A stretch of 64,000 nucleotides of DNA from Candidatus Bathyarchaeota archaeon (lineage in GTDB: Archaea > Thermoproteota > Bathyarchaeia > Bathyarchaeales > Bathycorpusculaceae): contig CAVYXJ010000012.1 of assembly GCA_963772455.1 (NCBI GenBank), positions 160,001 through 224,000 on the forward strand, in the 5' to 3' direction. Numbering within the stretch: position 1 is the first letter of the stretch; the number at the start of each line of letters is the position of its first letter. The position numbers were made by a program, and so were the translations under genes. Below the pieces are notes generated by a model. That model was not told where the DNA came from. It did not search any database and saw only the letters and a program-made list of their open reading frames with translations. Of the stretch, positions 9,721 to 20,892 are shown one piece after another.

Positions 9721-9847
9721 ATTCAGTTATAACTTTAAAATTCTTCTTGCAATTCTTGCATGTGTAAGCTTCAATGTTGAAGACCTGATTTGTAAGCGAT
9801 TTGTGGGGTTTCGCCACTTCTTCACCACAGCTTGGACAACTAACCAT
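9686..9847 (-). CDS. Zn-ribbon protein resembling Cren7-like chromatin proteins
   Basis: Manual translation MVSCPSCGEEVAKPHKSLTNQVFNIEAYTCKNCKKNFKVIT (two CxxC); below the ORF-track length cutoff. Confidence 0.6.
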   Translation of the reverse strand: MVSCPSCGEEVAKPHKSLTNQVFNIEAYTCKNCKKNFKVITEFIFSTEIQSVR

Positions 9848-10147
9848 GCAAACTCTCCAAAGTTAGAATAAACTAATGATCTGTGATAAAAGTATTAGAT
9901 GGTTTGTTGGCACATATTGAAACAACAAACAAAACTGGTGGAAATTAAATTATAATGGAAGATTTGAGGTTCAAAAAGGGTTTGTACGCTCAATCAATTT
10001 ATTAATTAACCTCTAAGATAATGAGTCTAAGTCACTTGTTTTTGCAGAGGATAAGATCATGTAAACAGAATTTGATATGGGAGTTCTGTTGGTGAGTTGT
10101 TGGTTAGTTTTGAGTTATTGTTTGTTCTTCTTGGTTTGGAATAACCA

Positions 10148-10324
10148 TTAATTGTATTGGGTCTTGTTCTGTGTGTTTTTAGTAGTTGGTGTTTGTGGTT
10201 TTTTGTGGTTTGTGTTTCCGATCCAGTATAGGCTCCAGCCAACTATGAAGGTGAAGGCCATTATTGGCGCTAAAAGGAGTATGGTGAGTTTGCTTCGTTT
10301 TTTTCTATTATGGCGTGTTGTCAT
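10148..10324 (-). CDS. Small membrane protein
   Basis: MTTRHNRKKRSKLTILLLAPIMAFTFIVGWSLYWIG...; GGTGA RBS. Confidence 0.55.
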   Translation of the reverse strand: MTTRHNRKKRSKLTILLLAPIMAFTFIVGWSLYWIGNTNHKKPQTPTTKNTQNKTQYN

Positions 10325-10760
10325 TTCGTCACCTACTACATCTTGTTACTTAATTCTTAATATATAAATTTTGTTAATTAGCAATGCACTATACTTCTGT
10401 AGAACACAAATATTAGTAAAAAAAAATCACAAATCAAATTAACAATATCAAAGGTCAACAAGTTATTTTTTACGATAAACTCACAACTTTTGTGGGTTCA
10501 GTCGTAAGACGCCTTGACCCATTACTGGATGTTACCCCAGTTTTAGATTGTTTAATATTTTAGTCTGCAAGAAAAAGATTTAGGGATTCTGATAACTAAA
10601 AGAAAACATAAATGATAGTCGTCAGTAATACGGCTAAAACTTCAATTTTCCAATCTCAGCACAATTGAAAATAAGCAAGTAGGAAGTAATTTTTCGATAG
10701 TTATATATGCGTAATGTCATCCAATTGAAGTGAAGTTTTGGGTTCTGAGGCAAAAATAAC

Positions 10761-11789
10761 ATGGCAGCGCTAAAAAAACGAAATTTCATAATCATTACCG
10801 TTATTATCTTGGTTATAGCCATCATTTTAAGCTCATTTGTATATCTCAATTCCCAAATCCCCTACAAAGGCAACATAGAGACCGTAACAATCGGCGTGTT
10901 CCCTTCTGAATATAATTCCTTAATTTATATTGCAAACGACCAACAATTCTTCTCAAATAATGGCCTCAAAATAACATTGAAGAACTATCCTTCTGGAGCT
11001 GCTGCTGCGGGAGGGATGTTAAATGGGGAAGTAGACATCGCTACGGCTTCCGAATTTGTCGTTGCTGACAATGCACTCCCGAATGCAGATCTCAATGCAT
11101 TAGGGAGCCTCTCACAATACCTCAATTTGTACTTGGTTGCAAGAACTGACAAAGGAATTAACGGCATTTCAGATTTAGTCGGCAAAAAGATTGGGCTTAC
11201 CATTGGAACTGGCAATCAATTTTACCTTGGCAGATTCCTCGAACTTAACGGGATAAACCAAAATCAAGTTACACTTGTTAATGTCAATTTTGCACAAGCA
11301 CCAAATGCTCTTGCAAACGGCACAATAGATGCAACAATTACGTTTCAGCCATACATAAACCAAATAAAAAGTCTTCTCGGCAACGCAATCTTAGTGTGGC
11401 CAGCACAAGCTGAACAATTCGGTTACTTCGAAGCTATCAGTACAAACACATGGGTAACCACGAATCCTGGTCTAATTGAACGGTTTTTGAAGGCAATTAT
11501 TCAGGCTCAAAACTTTAATATCAACAACCAAAACATGGCAATATCAATCGTGTCAAAGGAACTAAATTATACAACCTCATACACATCCTCGGTTTGGGCT
11601 GATTATCGTTATTCAGTTACGCTTGACCAATCCTTCATCTTACTCATGCAAGATGAAACCAGATGGCTAATTAACAACAACTTAACTACTGCAACTTCTG
11701 TTCCCAACTTTTTCAATTATATTTATGTTGATGGGTTAAAATCTGTCAGTCCTGAATCAGTCAACATTATAGGCATGGGAACCCCATGA
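10761..11789 (+). CDS. NMT1/SsuA-like solute-binding protein
   Basis: N-terminal anchor, IYIANDQQFF..NGL, GEVDIA, DLVGKKIG, GTIDA...FQP. Confidence 0.85.
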   Translation: MAALKKRNFIIITVIILVIAIILSSFVYLNSQIPYKGNIETVTIGVFPSEYNSLIYIANDQQFFSNNGLKITLKNYPSGAAAAGGMLNGEVDIATASEFVVADNALPNADLNALGSLSQYLNLYLVARTDKGINGISDLVGKKIGLTIGTGNQFYLGRFLELNGINQNQVTLVNVNFAQAPNALANGTIDATITFQPYINQIKSLLGNAILVWPAQAEQFGYFEAISTNTWVTTNPGLIERFLKAIIQAQNFNINNQNMAISIVSKELNYTTSYTSSVWADYRYSVTLDQSFILLMQDETRWLINNNLTTATSVPNFFNYIYVDGLKSVSPESVNIIGMGTP

Positions 11790-14078
11790 GACTTAAAACT
11801 CAAAATTTACTCAGCATAATAATATTCTCCATCTTGATTGTCATAATTGCAGCATCAGTTGTCGTTACTTCACAACAAACAGCCCAGTTAAACAATCAAC
11901 AGACAATTTCCCATGACATACAAACCCGAGCAAGTAACCTCCAATACCTTTCAAATGACTATTTTCTGTATCAAGAAAACCCTGTGGTGAACATGTGGCA
12001 AACAGAATACAATTTACTTTTAGCAGACCTTTTAAAACTTAATGTCAACAACCCTGCGCAGCAGATAATGGTTAACAACGTGAAAAATGACTCGCAACTT
12101 CTCATTAACCGATGGACTGACGTAACAGCTTACCTCGCAAATGCTGATAGAAACGTTAGCGTTCGAGTTTTGCCCGCATTCCAAGCTATTTGGAGCAGAA
12201 TGTCTCTACAAAACCAAGCATTACTCTTCGACAATCAACAATTGTCACAAAATTTCCAAAGCCAAATCGACCAACTTAATGGCACTATTCTAATTCTTAT
12301 TTTCGCTATGCTGCGGTGTTTGGTACCTACTTCATCACATATTATTTAATAACCTTCCGAAACACCTTAAAATCCATCTCAGAATTACAATCTGGAATAG
12401 CGGTTATCGGTTCAGGAAACTTTGACCACACTTTAAACGCTGAAAAGAAAGATGAAATCTCTGATATTTCAAAATCTGTCAATCAAATGGCTGCCAACTT
12501 GAAAACTATAACGGCTTCCAAAAAAGACTTAGAACAAGCCCAAATTTCTTTACGAACAAGTGAGCAGCGTTGGGCAACTACACTGTCAAGCATTGGAGAC
12601 TCAGTAATAGCTACCGATGAGTTGGGTGCTGTCACATTTATGAATGCGATAGCTGAGCAATCAACGGGTTGGACTCTTAGTGAAGCTTTAGGAAAGCCGC
12701 TCAAAGAAGTATTCCACATAATTAATGAGGAAACTCGCATGGAAGTTGAGAGTCCATTTGTCAAAGTTATGCAGAATGGAGTTATTGTTGGTTTGGCTAA
12801 CCACACGATTTTAATTCGAAAAGACGGATTAGAAGTTCCTCTTGATGACAGCGGTGCACCCATAAAAGACGAAAAAGGCAAGATCACGGGTGTTGTTATT
12901 GTATTTCACGATATTACCGAACGTAAGAAAACAGAAGAAGCTATGGTAAAACAAGCTGAATTAATCAATCTAAGCCCCGATGCCATAATTGTCAGGAAAA
13001 TAGATGGCACCATAACTTTTTGGAGTGACGGCGCAGAGAAACTTTACGGTTTCTCAAAAGATGAAGCTATTGGACATGATATTAACAAATTATTGAACAC
13101 AAAATTGCCTCTACCGTTAGACGATATACAAAGAAAACTTGAACAAGAAGGAAAATGGTCAGGAGAAGTTGTCCATTTCTGCAAGGATGGAAATAAATTG
13201 TTTGTGCAGAGTTATTGGTTGGGTAAATTTGGTTCAGACGGAAAAATCTATGAAATGCTTGAGTCAAATGTTGACATTTCCCCGCGAATAGAGATGCAGT
13301 TTAAACTTGAAAAGTCAGCTGTTAGGCTTGAAGAATTACTTCAAATCAAATGGAAAATCTCGCAAATCAAAGAGCAGCCCAGCTAAAGGACTCTGAGCGT
13401 TTAGCAGCTATTGGCGCAACTGCAGGCATGGTTGGTCACGATATTCGAAATCCACTTCAGGCAATAACTGGAGATATTTACTTAGCAAAAACCGAATTAG
13501 CATCTTTACCTGAGGGTGAAGAGAAAAATAACATTCAAGAGAGCCTAACTGAGATTGAGAAAAACGTTGATTACATTAACAAAATAGTCGCAGACCTCCA
13601 AGACTACGCAAGACCTCTCAATCCTCGAGCACAAGAAACAAACATAAAATCGTTATTCAATGAAATCTTGGCTAAAAATGGGGTTCCCAAAAACATCAAG
13701 GTAACTGTTCAAGTAGAGGATAAAGCCGAGAAAATTATAGCTGACCCTGACTATCTCAAGCGCATAGCCGCCAATTTGATACTTAATGCAATCCAAGCTA
13801 TGCCTAATGGAGGTAAACTTAATGTTCGGGCGTATACCGATAAGCAAACTAATGATGTTTTGATAACTGTTAAAGACACCGGAGTCGGTATCCCTGAGAA
13901 CGTTAAACCTAAACTATTTACGCCGATGATGACGACCAAATCTAAGGGTCAAGGATTCGGATTAGCGGTAGTTAAACGCATGACTGAAGGCTTAGGAGGA
14001 ACTGTAGATTTTGAAAGCACCGAAGGAAAAGGCACAACCTTCCTTGTACGTTTACCCTCACAAAAAGCTAAACTGTAA
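11786..14078 (+). CDS. Membrane sensor histidine kinase (TM-HAMP-PAS-PAS-HisKA-HATPase) with two frameshifts
   Basis: Three overlapping ORFs (11786, 12316, 13350) that are colinear in domain order: HAMP DEISDISKSVNQM, PAS domains, H-box GHDIRNPL, N-box NAIQAM, G-boxes DTGVG and GQGFGL. Confidence 0.85.
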
Positions 14079-14094
14079 ATCAAGATTTAGGGGT

Positions 14095-14417
14095 TTATTT
14101 TTTGAATAATTTTCTAATTTTCCATAATTGCCAAAAAAACAGTACCCAGAAAGCAACAGTTACCCAAATTAACACTCCAGATCTAATCACGTACGTATAG
14201 TATTGGATGTCGATTTGATTTAGAGGAGTTAGCAACATACCAGCGATCCCCGAAGGCAAATAAGGCCACGGAATAAATGAGCCACCTAAAGTGTTAGGCC
14301 AAAAAGGTGCTCCTCAATTTCATAGACAAAGGAAGCCACATAATGAGCACTTGCGGCGTAGATCGTTAAAAATACTGAAACAATAAACAGTAAAACTAAT
14401 GTTACTTTATTGTTCAT
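14095..14417 (-). pseudogene. Frameshifted small membrane protein
   Basis: MNNKVTLVLLFIVSVFL...HLFGLT, then in another frame GGSFIPWPYLPSG...GVLIWVTVAFWV. Endpoints approximate. Confidence 0.45.
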
Positions 14418-14659
14418 TTTAGGACCCAAGGTGATTCTTGTTTGCAAAGGTTAAGAATCTAACTGTTTACTGAATGTAATGATTTCATTTGATAGAGGAT
14501 ATCTTGGTTAATTTTAGTCCACATCTAATTCATCAAAGGTTAGAAGTCCTTATCCAAATGCGAAAAATATTGCTTTGGTTAATCAAGAATCTTTGATTAA
14601 GTACATTGACATAAAACTTAAATCACCATTGTTTCGAAGTAGTTACATGAGGGGAAAAA

Positions 14660-15160
14660 ATGAATAGAAATCAAATCATAGGATTAGTCGCTATTGTTAT
14701 TGTTATGGCTGTTGGTTTCCCAACCGCTTACATTTTACAATCATCATTGGCTCCAGCTCAAAATCCAACAGGGGCGCTGGATTTTACTGTTAACGCAAAA
14801 AGTGATTGCTTACGATTTCTAAACAGTTCAGTACCGACAATTTACGTTCCATTTACAGTTGCTGCAAATGAAAACTGGGAATTAACTATTAATTCTACAA
14901 AGATGCCTGGTGGGTTAAACGGTTGGACTGATGTCTACATTTACAAAGGCTATTGGGATGGAGGAACCAACAATACCTGCACGGCAGGCGATCTATACCC
15001 AATTATAAGCGATATTCAAAACGCTGATTTTGAAATAAAAACAAACCAGCCTTACATAGAAACCTTCGGAGAATCAACACAACAAAGCTACACAATATTC
15101 TTTTTGGTTCCTCCAGGCGGACCCGCATCATTCCACGTGACACTAAAACAGCTAGTTTAG
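14660..15160 (+). CDS. Secreted or membrane-anchored hypothetical protein
   Basis: 166 aa, N-terminal hydrophobic helix, GAGGGG RBS. Confidence 0.75.
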   Translation: MNRNQIIGLVAIVIVMAVGFPTAYILQSSLAPAQNPTGALDFTVNAKSDCLRFLNSSVPTIYVPFTVAANENWELTINSTKMPGGLNGWTDVYIYKGYWDGGTNNTCTAGDLYPIISDIQNADFEIKTNQPYIETFGESTQQSYTIFFLVPPGGPASFHVTLKQLV

Positions 15161-15200
15161 AGGAAAAATTCTGAAGTTTTTTCTTATCTTACCTATTTTT

Positions 15201-15818
15201 TTGCTACTTTTAACCACTTTTACCGGGCTTGTTCAAGCATCAAATTTACATTCCGAATCGTTTCCTCTATTTGAATCAGCTTCTGTATCAAGATCAGTAT
15301 TTGCCAATGAAGGCGACCGGCTTGTAGGCAACTTTACAGTTTCCAACATTCCCATTTGGATTGACTCTACCACTGGAGACGCTCAAACGATTCAATATTC
15401 ATTTAAAGTCTCCAAGATTGAAGGTTTAGAAAAATGTCCAACGGATATCGTTCTGTACGAAGTATACCAGACCAAAAATGCATCGTTTGACGTATCCTGT
15501 GAATATACTGGTGACTACAGGTTAAGGTTCAATGTGGGAATAGGAGCCCCAGATTTGGGAATAGGGAGCATGCAAGCAACTCTCAACTATGATGTGATTA
15601 AAAGTTCACCTGAACAGGCAAATTCTTCATTGCCAACGCCAACTCTAACACCATTACCAAAATCTACTGCTACGCCTAATCCTTCACTTTCAATCCCAGA
15701 AATCCCCTCATTGACAATTCTCTTGCTTCTTAGCATAATCGTGGCAATTGCTAGCTTGTTAGTTTTAAACTATAAGGACACAATACAGCGAGTTCTTGCA
15801 TACAATACAGCAGTCTAA
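15201..15818 (+). CDS. Surface protein with PT linker and PEF-CTERM-like anchor
   Basis: Signal peptide, PTPTLTP linker, IPEIPS followed by a TM helix. Confidence 0.65.
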   Translation: MLLLTTFTGLVQASNLHSESFPLFESASVSRSVFANEGDRLVGNFTVSNIPIWIDSTTGDAQTIQYSFKVSKIEGLEKCPTDIVLYEVYQTKNASFDVSCEYTGDYRLRFNVGIGAPDLGIGSMQATLNYDVIKSSPEQANSSLPTPTLTPLPKSTATPNPSLSIPEIPSLTILLLLSIIVAIASLLVLNYKDTIQRVLAYNTAV

Positions 15819-15873
15819 ACTGAAAGAACTATGGGACATCCAAAAGATGAGGCTTAGCAAGATTCTTAGAGCG

Positions 15874-16806
15874 CTAATCTTGGATAACTAAGGAAATCTT
15901 GTCAGAATCAATACTGGTTAACAAATTTGACATGGTTTTCTTAAATTTGTTTCTAACATACCATAAAACGCCAAATACTCCTCCAAATATAGCTGCGACA
16001 GGTGCAGTACCCAGTAATATCGTAATTTCACGTCCAGAAACAATCTTGTGGTTGATTATCTGCTGCATTCCAAAAGTATTCGTACTTGTTAAGATATAGA
16101 GCCATAAAATCAGAAGAGGCATTGAAATCATAAAAGCTGCATAGATCGCTAGACCTGTGCGCCTAAACTTTTTCATTACATTGAGTATTTGTTGAAGAAG
16201 TTGTTTGGAAGAATAATCAATGTTTTCTTTCTTTTTTAGTTCATTGATATATAATCCGGAATATCCAACATGCAAATATAGCGAAGATAGGTCTTTTGAC
16301 ACTAAGTCTCTTATGAAGTAATAGAATCTGTCGATCACGTTTGGATTCTGAACTTTCCAATAATGAATACCATAAACGAAAACGAAGAGCATTACTTCAT
16401 TTTCTTTCTCAAATTTGTTAAAGTACCAACCGCTTGAGCCTAAAATTGAAATGATGAACGGGAAAAATGCATAAACGCCAAAGGGCAGAGACTCTGATGC
16501 TCCAATAAGTTGTGTGACAACTAACCAAGGTAAAGCAAATATGGCAATTCCAATAGGCAACACTGTCCAAACGTATGTTTCTATATTTTCCTCTAATTTT
16601 GGAATTACTTTCTTAGTTTCAAATAAGCCAAATAGCAAACCTGCAATGACTCCAAACAACAGATAAATCTGGCGTGTAGTTGTGAACCATTTTAGGTTAA
16701 TTGAAACAAAAACAAGCAGTATACCAAAAGAAAAGGCAGTCACTATGAATGCTATCAGTCTGAATTTGCCTAAGGGATAACCAATTTTTGCGAATTTTGG
16801 AAGCAT
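15874..16806 (-). CDS. Multi-pass membrane protein
   Basis: 310 aa with about 6 hydrophobic segments. Confidence 0.75.
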   Translation of the reverse strand: MLPKFAKIGYPLGKFRLIAFIVTAFSFGILLVFVSINLKWFTTTRQIYLLFGVIAGLLFGLFETKKVIPKLEENIETYVWTVLPIGIAIFALPWLVVTQLIGASESLPFGVYAFFPFIISILGSSGWYFNKFEKENEVMLFVFVYGIHYWKVQNPNVIDRFYYFIRDLVSKDLSSLYLHVGYSGLYINELKKKENIDYSSKQLLQQILNVMKKFRRTGLAIYAAFMISMPLLILWLYILTSTNTFGMQQIINHKIVSGREITILLGTAPVAAIFGGVFGVLWYVRNKFKKTMSNLLTSIDSDKISLVIQD

Positions 16807-16878
16807 AAATAAATCACGTTGGTGTGATTCAACATAGGATATTAAAAAGTTATAATTCTTTGCTTAATGTTTTAGAAC

Positions 16879-17106
16879 TTACCTTTGTTCGCTTCCAAAT
16901 CTTCTATAAATGAGAAAGCCTATAAAACCTCCAACAAATGGGCCTATACTAAAACTGAAGAATATCCAATCGTTAAAAGTTCCAAAGAAATGTAGTTTCA
17001 ACCAAACAAGTAATAATCCTCCTCCAAAGAAAAGAATAACCCCTCCAAGCCAAGCGCAAAACATAACAGTAACTAAAGCTGAGGCGAAACCTGATTTCAA
17101 TTTCAT
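16879..17106 (-). CDS. Small 2-TM membrane protein
   Basis: 75-aa hydrophobic ORF co-oriented with its neighbour. Confidence 0.6.
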   Translation of the reverse strand: MKLKSGFASALVTVMFCAWLGGVILFFGGGLLLVWLKLHFFGTFNDWIFFSFSIGPFVGGFIGFLIYRRFGSEQR

Positions 17107-17220
17107 AGTATTATTACCCTTTATTCAATAATATAAAATAAATGCGTAATTTACAAACTACACTAACCAGCCAAAAGTTATAAGCTCTAAACAGCATATC
17201 GACAAACAGAGGACAAACTA

Positions 17221-18010
17221 ATGGAAAACAAAAATCTCCAACGCGAACTCTCTATAGGCGAAATTATAACAGAAACATTCAGTTTATATTCGCGAAATTT
17301 TGCACATTATCCAGTTCCCTTCTTAATTGCAGCCATATTAACCGGATTAGTAACTATAATTGTGAATTTAGTCATAGTTATTCCTGAAGCGCCCTCTAAT
17401 CCTACATCCTCATTACTAGTAGCGTGGTTTCCTACCTTCATAACAGCAAGCATAACGTCCCTATTTTTATCAGGAATCGTTAGTTGGATTACCAGCAGCT
17501 TCACATCAGGAATAACAATAAAATTCACTTCAGACATTTTGGAGAGTGGACAAGCAAACTTGCAAAAATCTTTCCAGTTCACCTTAACGAAGGTACTTTA
17601 TCTGTTGGCAGCAAGCATTGTCACAGTTACTCTTATGCTTCTTGGATTTATTGCATTAATTATTCCCGGAATAATCATCGCACTAATGTTTACACTTGTT
17701 AACCCAGCTATAATGCTTGAAGGAACAGGCATTGTTGGAGGCTTCTAGAAGTCGCGTTCTCGTAAGCAACAGATGGCTTAAAACCTTCGGATTATTTCTC
17801 GTGGTCAGCATTATTGTTGCCGTAGTAAATGGGGTAGCTGTATTAATCGCTGGTCTATTTGGATTTGTCAGCCCTCTAATAGCAGGCATCCTGACGGCGT
17901 TTATAACACCAATCATCCCCATAGCCACAACACTCTACTATTATTCGATGAAAGCAAGAACACTGCAAACCCCGCCATTCCCACCTCCACCACCTCCTCA
18001 AACCTTCTGA
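17221..18010 (+). CDS. Integral membrane protein (GDPD-membrane-domain-like), frameshift near 17740
   Basis: LSIGEIITETFSLY start, LIIPGIII...PAIMLEG, then RSRVLVSNRWLKTFG...TLYYYSM and a Pro-rich tail. Confidence 0.75.
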
Positions 18011-18248
18011 AAAGCAAGTTTTTAGTATTGACTACATGAATAATTTTAGCAGGGTTAGTTATCAAAAAATGCTCATACACCAACAATTAAACCGTTGAGT
18101 TGGTCGACTCATAATTGTTATGTTGATATTGCAGTGTCAGTTTGTTGGCTAAGAAGTTGGCTACAATCAAGCCATCTCTTCCTCCAAGCTGCTCGAATAA
18201 AAAACGCAATAAAGTTTTTATTTTTCCACGAAATATATTATCACAGCC

Positions 18249-18412
18249 ATGAAAAATCAAAAGAAGAACCGCAAAGAGCGACGCAAAGAAATCTTGGCTG
18301 ACATTCTATTTCAACAAAGTCCTTAGCGGTTAAAAAAAGCAAATTCTTCAGAGAAAAGCAGCCTTTGAAGTTCTGGTGAAGGCTGAGTTAGTTAGCAAGA
18401 GCTATTGAATGA
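18249..18412 (+). pseudogene. Possible decayed winged-helix regulator
   Basis: MKNQKKNRKERRKEILADIL start followed by broken frames (AFEVLVKAELV). Confidence 0.3.
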
Positions 18413-18583
18413 AATTTAATTATTGGCTGCAATATAGTCGAAAGACCTTTTACTTAACAAGAAATAATCGAATGGAGTTTTGCTCTAGTTTTCAAAGCAA
18501 AAAATCATAGCTCCAACAGAAATCTTGAAGTTTATAAGTCTGCAATCAAAATATTTTTTGTATAAATAATTATTTTTTCTAAT

Positions 18584-18802
18584 TTATGGCTTAAAGACAA
18601 GAATATATTTTTTATCTTTGTCCTCTTCAGCCTCCAAGTTTTTTGCCTGCACAAAAGTGTAGATTGCCAAAAAATCATAGTCACCCTTAATTTTCAATTG
18701 ATGTTTATCAGATTTTTTTTGTTCGATAGAAACAAAACTAGGATTAATCAACCCTCTAGCTACTAATTCTGTGAATATTGAAATTGCTTCTTTCCTATCC
18801 AC
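18584..18802 (-). CDS. Small hypothetical protein, DRxEA family
   Basis: MDRKEAISIFTELV...ILVFKP. Confidence 0.7.
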   Translation of the reverse strand: MDRKEAISIFTELVARGLINPSFVSIEQKKSDKHQLKIKGDYDFLAIYTFVQAKNLEAEEDKDKKYILVFKP

Positions 18803-19014
18803 TAAGGTTCTCTCTCTGATTGTTTGGGGACGTACTATCCTAATAACACTTTGGTTAAATTGCTATTCCACTTCACTTTTAAGGAGCCGACCATTCTTGT
18901 TAAGACTAAATCACAATCAGCATACAACAAATGCAAAGTAGTAGTCTCATGATACCCGCAAGTCTTTAAAAACAGCAATAAACCAAGTACTTTAATTGAA
19001 ATGGGTTTCAGTAA

Positions 19015-19269
19015 ATGAATTTTATTGATGCAGTAGATTTTATTAAGAAATTTCCATCTTGCCACCCCAAAATATTCAAAAGTTTTTTTGAATGGGGAAT
19101 CTGTGACATTGAAACAGAAGGCTACGTAATTTTAACTGATATTACTTTAACTAAAGATCCAGTGTTCCCCCAACTGGAAGCTTACGCTAAGAACCATGAT
19201 TTGAGGGTAGATAAAGGTCAAGACTACTTGGTAATTAGCACAGCCTGTTATGCTCATATTAACGGATGA
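19015..19269 (+). CDS. Small hypothetical protein, distant DRxEA family member
   Basis: MNFIDAVDFIKKF...YAKNHDLRVDKGQDYLVIS. Confidence 0.6.
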   Translation: MNFIDAVDFIKKFPSCHPKIFKSFFEWGICDIETEGYVILTDITLTKDPVFPQLEAYAKNHDLRVDKGQDYLVISTACYAHING

Positions 19270-19341
19270 ATAATCACGTACTTTATCGAAGAGATTGAAC
19301 CCGTAGTAATCTTGTTAAGAAAGGATCTTATAGTCAATTAG

Positions 19342-20133
19342 TTGATTAACCAACAGATAGAAATCATGAAGGGAATTTATTCATCCGTAATTGTTTCAAT
19401 TCTTTTTCTAACATTTATCTCAGTTTCTGGTTTGGGTTGTGCAAATGGTGAAAATAATTATTATCCAAGATTTGAAATAATTTCTCCAAAAGCAACAATT
19501 TATCACAACAGTACTGTAGAGATTTTTGCGGTTGTTACTAAGCTAACAGACGAAGCATATCCAATGATAGACGGTATTCGCTATACACTCAATGATTCAA
19601 ATATCTTTTCATATGAATTTACAAATTTTACATATAATGGATTGGTTAACCTTCCAAATAACAAGACAGGGCATGAATATGTTGGCAGAGCTACTTTAGA
19701 AGGCTTGAAAGAAGGCAATTATACTCTTAATTTAAGCTATGGGCATGGTAATAATACAATTGGAAGTTGGTGGGGGTCATCAGTTAATTTTAGGGTAGTT
19801 TACGGAGATTATGAACCTTCAGCATTACTGTCTCCCATCAATCAAACATATTATAGTTCAGAAGTACCAATAGATTTTTCGACTAACGAGGACTACGTTT
19901 ATGCTTATTATTCTTTGAATGGTGGAAAACCTGTTTTTATTAAACCAAATACTATGATGACTAACCTTCAAGAAGGCTCCAACAACCTTTTGGTATTCAT
20001 AAAATTCAGAGATATCCATTCTGATTTCAAGATCAACTTTACAGTAGATTCAAATCCTGAGAACTTACAAAACACATGTAAAGAGTTTATTCTCATAGGA
20101 GTAGCTGCAATATCATTAGTTCTAATTGATTAA
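19342..20133 (+). CDS. Secreted Ig-like protein with C-terminal TM segment
   Basis: IISP...Y, GLKEGNYTL, LSPINQTY and YSLNG units, as in 1472-2314. Confidence 0.75.
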   Translation: MINQQIEIMKGIYSSVIVSILFLTFISVSGLGCANGENNYYPRFEIISPKATIYHNSTVEIFAVVTKLTDEAYPMIDGIRYTLNDSNIFSYEFTNFTYNGLVNLPNNKTGHEYVGRATLEGLKEGNYTLNLSYGHGNNTIGSWWGSSVNFRVVYGDYEPSALLSPINQTYYSSEVPIDFSTNEDYVYAYYSLNGGKPVFIKPNTMMTNLQEGSNNLLVFIKFRDIHSDFKINFTVDSNPENLQNTCKEFILIGVAAISLVLID

Positions 20134-20421
20134 CTATTTTTAGAGAAATCCAGCGGAGAAAAACTAAAAATAGCAACCGAAGACTATTTCCCGACAACAT
20201 TAATCATAATTTTGATAGCTTCAGTTGCAATTATGGTCATAAGTCTAATTGTAATCTTCAATTAGCCTAGTGGAGGCGCAATAATGTGAAGAAAACGTGG
20301 TTGACATTAGTTCTTTTTGTGTTTCTCCTCTTCATATTGAGCCTTCAAGCAGTCAATTCTGTGAAGGATACCCCTCGGTTAAAATCCCGCCAAAAGTCAA
20401 TGAGCCAGAAACTAATGTAAT

Positions 20422-20892
20422 TCAATTGTGCCTTTCCGAAACTTGCTTTAATTTCTCAAGTGCCTTGGGCCACATTTCTTTAAACATATCGTAAAACTCG
20501 TCATCAGCATCAGCATCTACTTCAAACTTCGTTGAATCGCCTTGTTGTGTGATAGTATAGTTCTCGTATGCAGGAACCCACTTCTTAGCTGCCTCGCTTG
20601 TTGAATCTTCTTTGCTGCCCAAAACGATGCCGAGATGCCTAATCGAGATAAAGGAAGGCTTTCTACTTTCAGCTATTTCAGAGAACATTCCTTCTTTCTC
20701 CCCTTTTTCGTTTACTGCTAAAAACTGTATTTTATCGCCTTTGTTCCAACCGCCTTCGAAGTAGGATCCTTCATGGAAGGCACTTGTCCATTCTCGATAT
20801 TTCTTGTCGTCGACAATTGCGTTCCAAACTTCTTCGGGTTTTGCTTTGACGAGTATTTCAAAATGCATTTTCCGCATAATATTCACGGGCAA
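20422..20892 (-). CDS. SRPBCC/AHSA1-like domain protein
   Basis: AKPEEVWNAI...YREW...EGGWNKGDKIQF...WPKALEKLK. Confidence 0.85.
   Translation of the reverse strand: MPVNIMRKMHFEILVKAKPEEVWNAIVDDKKYREWTSAFHEGSYFEGGWNKGDKIQFLAVNEKGEKEGMFSEIAESRKPSFISIRHLGIVLGSKEDSTSEAAKKWVPAYENYTITQQGDSTKFEVDADADDEFYDMFKEMWPKALEKLKQVSERHN

Noticed and set aside
10478-10545. tRNA-like GTGGGTTCA plus a GTAA tetraloop hairpin
   Set aside because: No cloverleaf or T-arm partner; the short stems could be chance.
14306-14352. GGTGCTC...GAGCAC stem resembling the repeated element
   Set aside because: Lacks TTTAG and GAGAA, and lies inside a minus-strand coding remnant.
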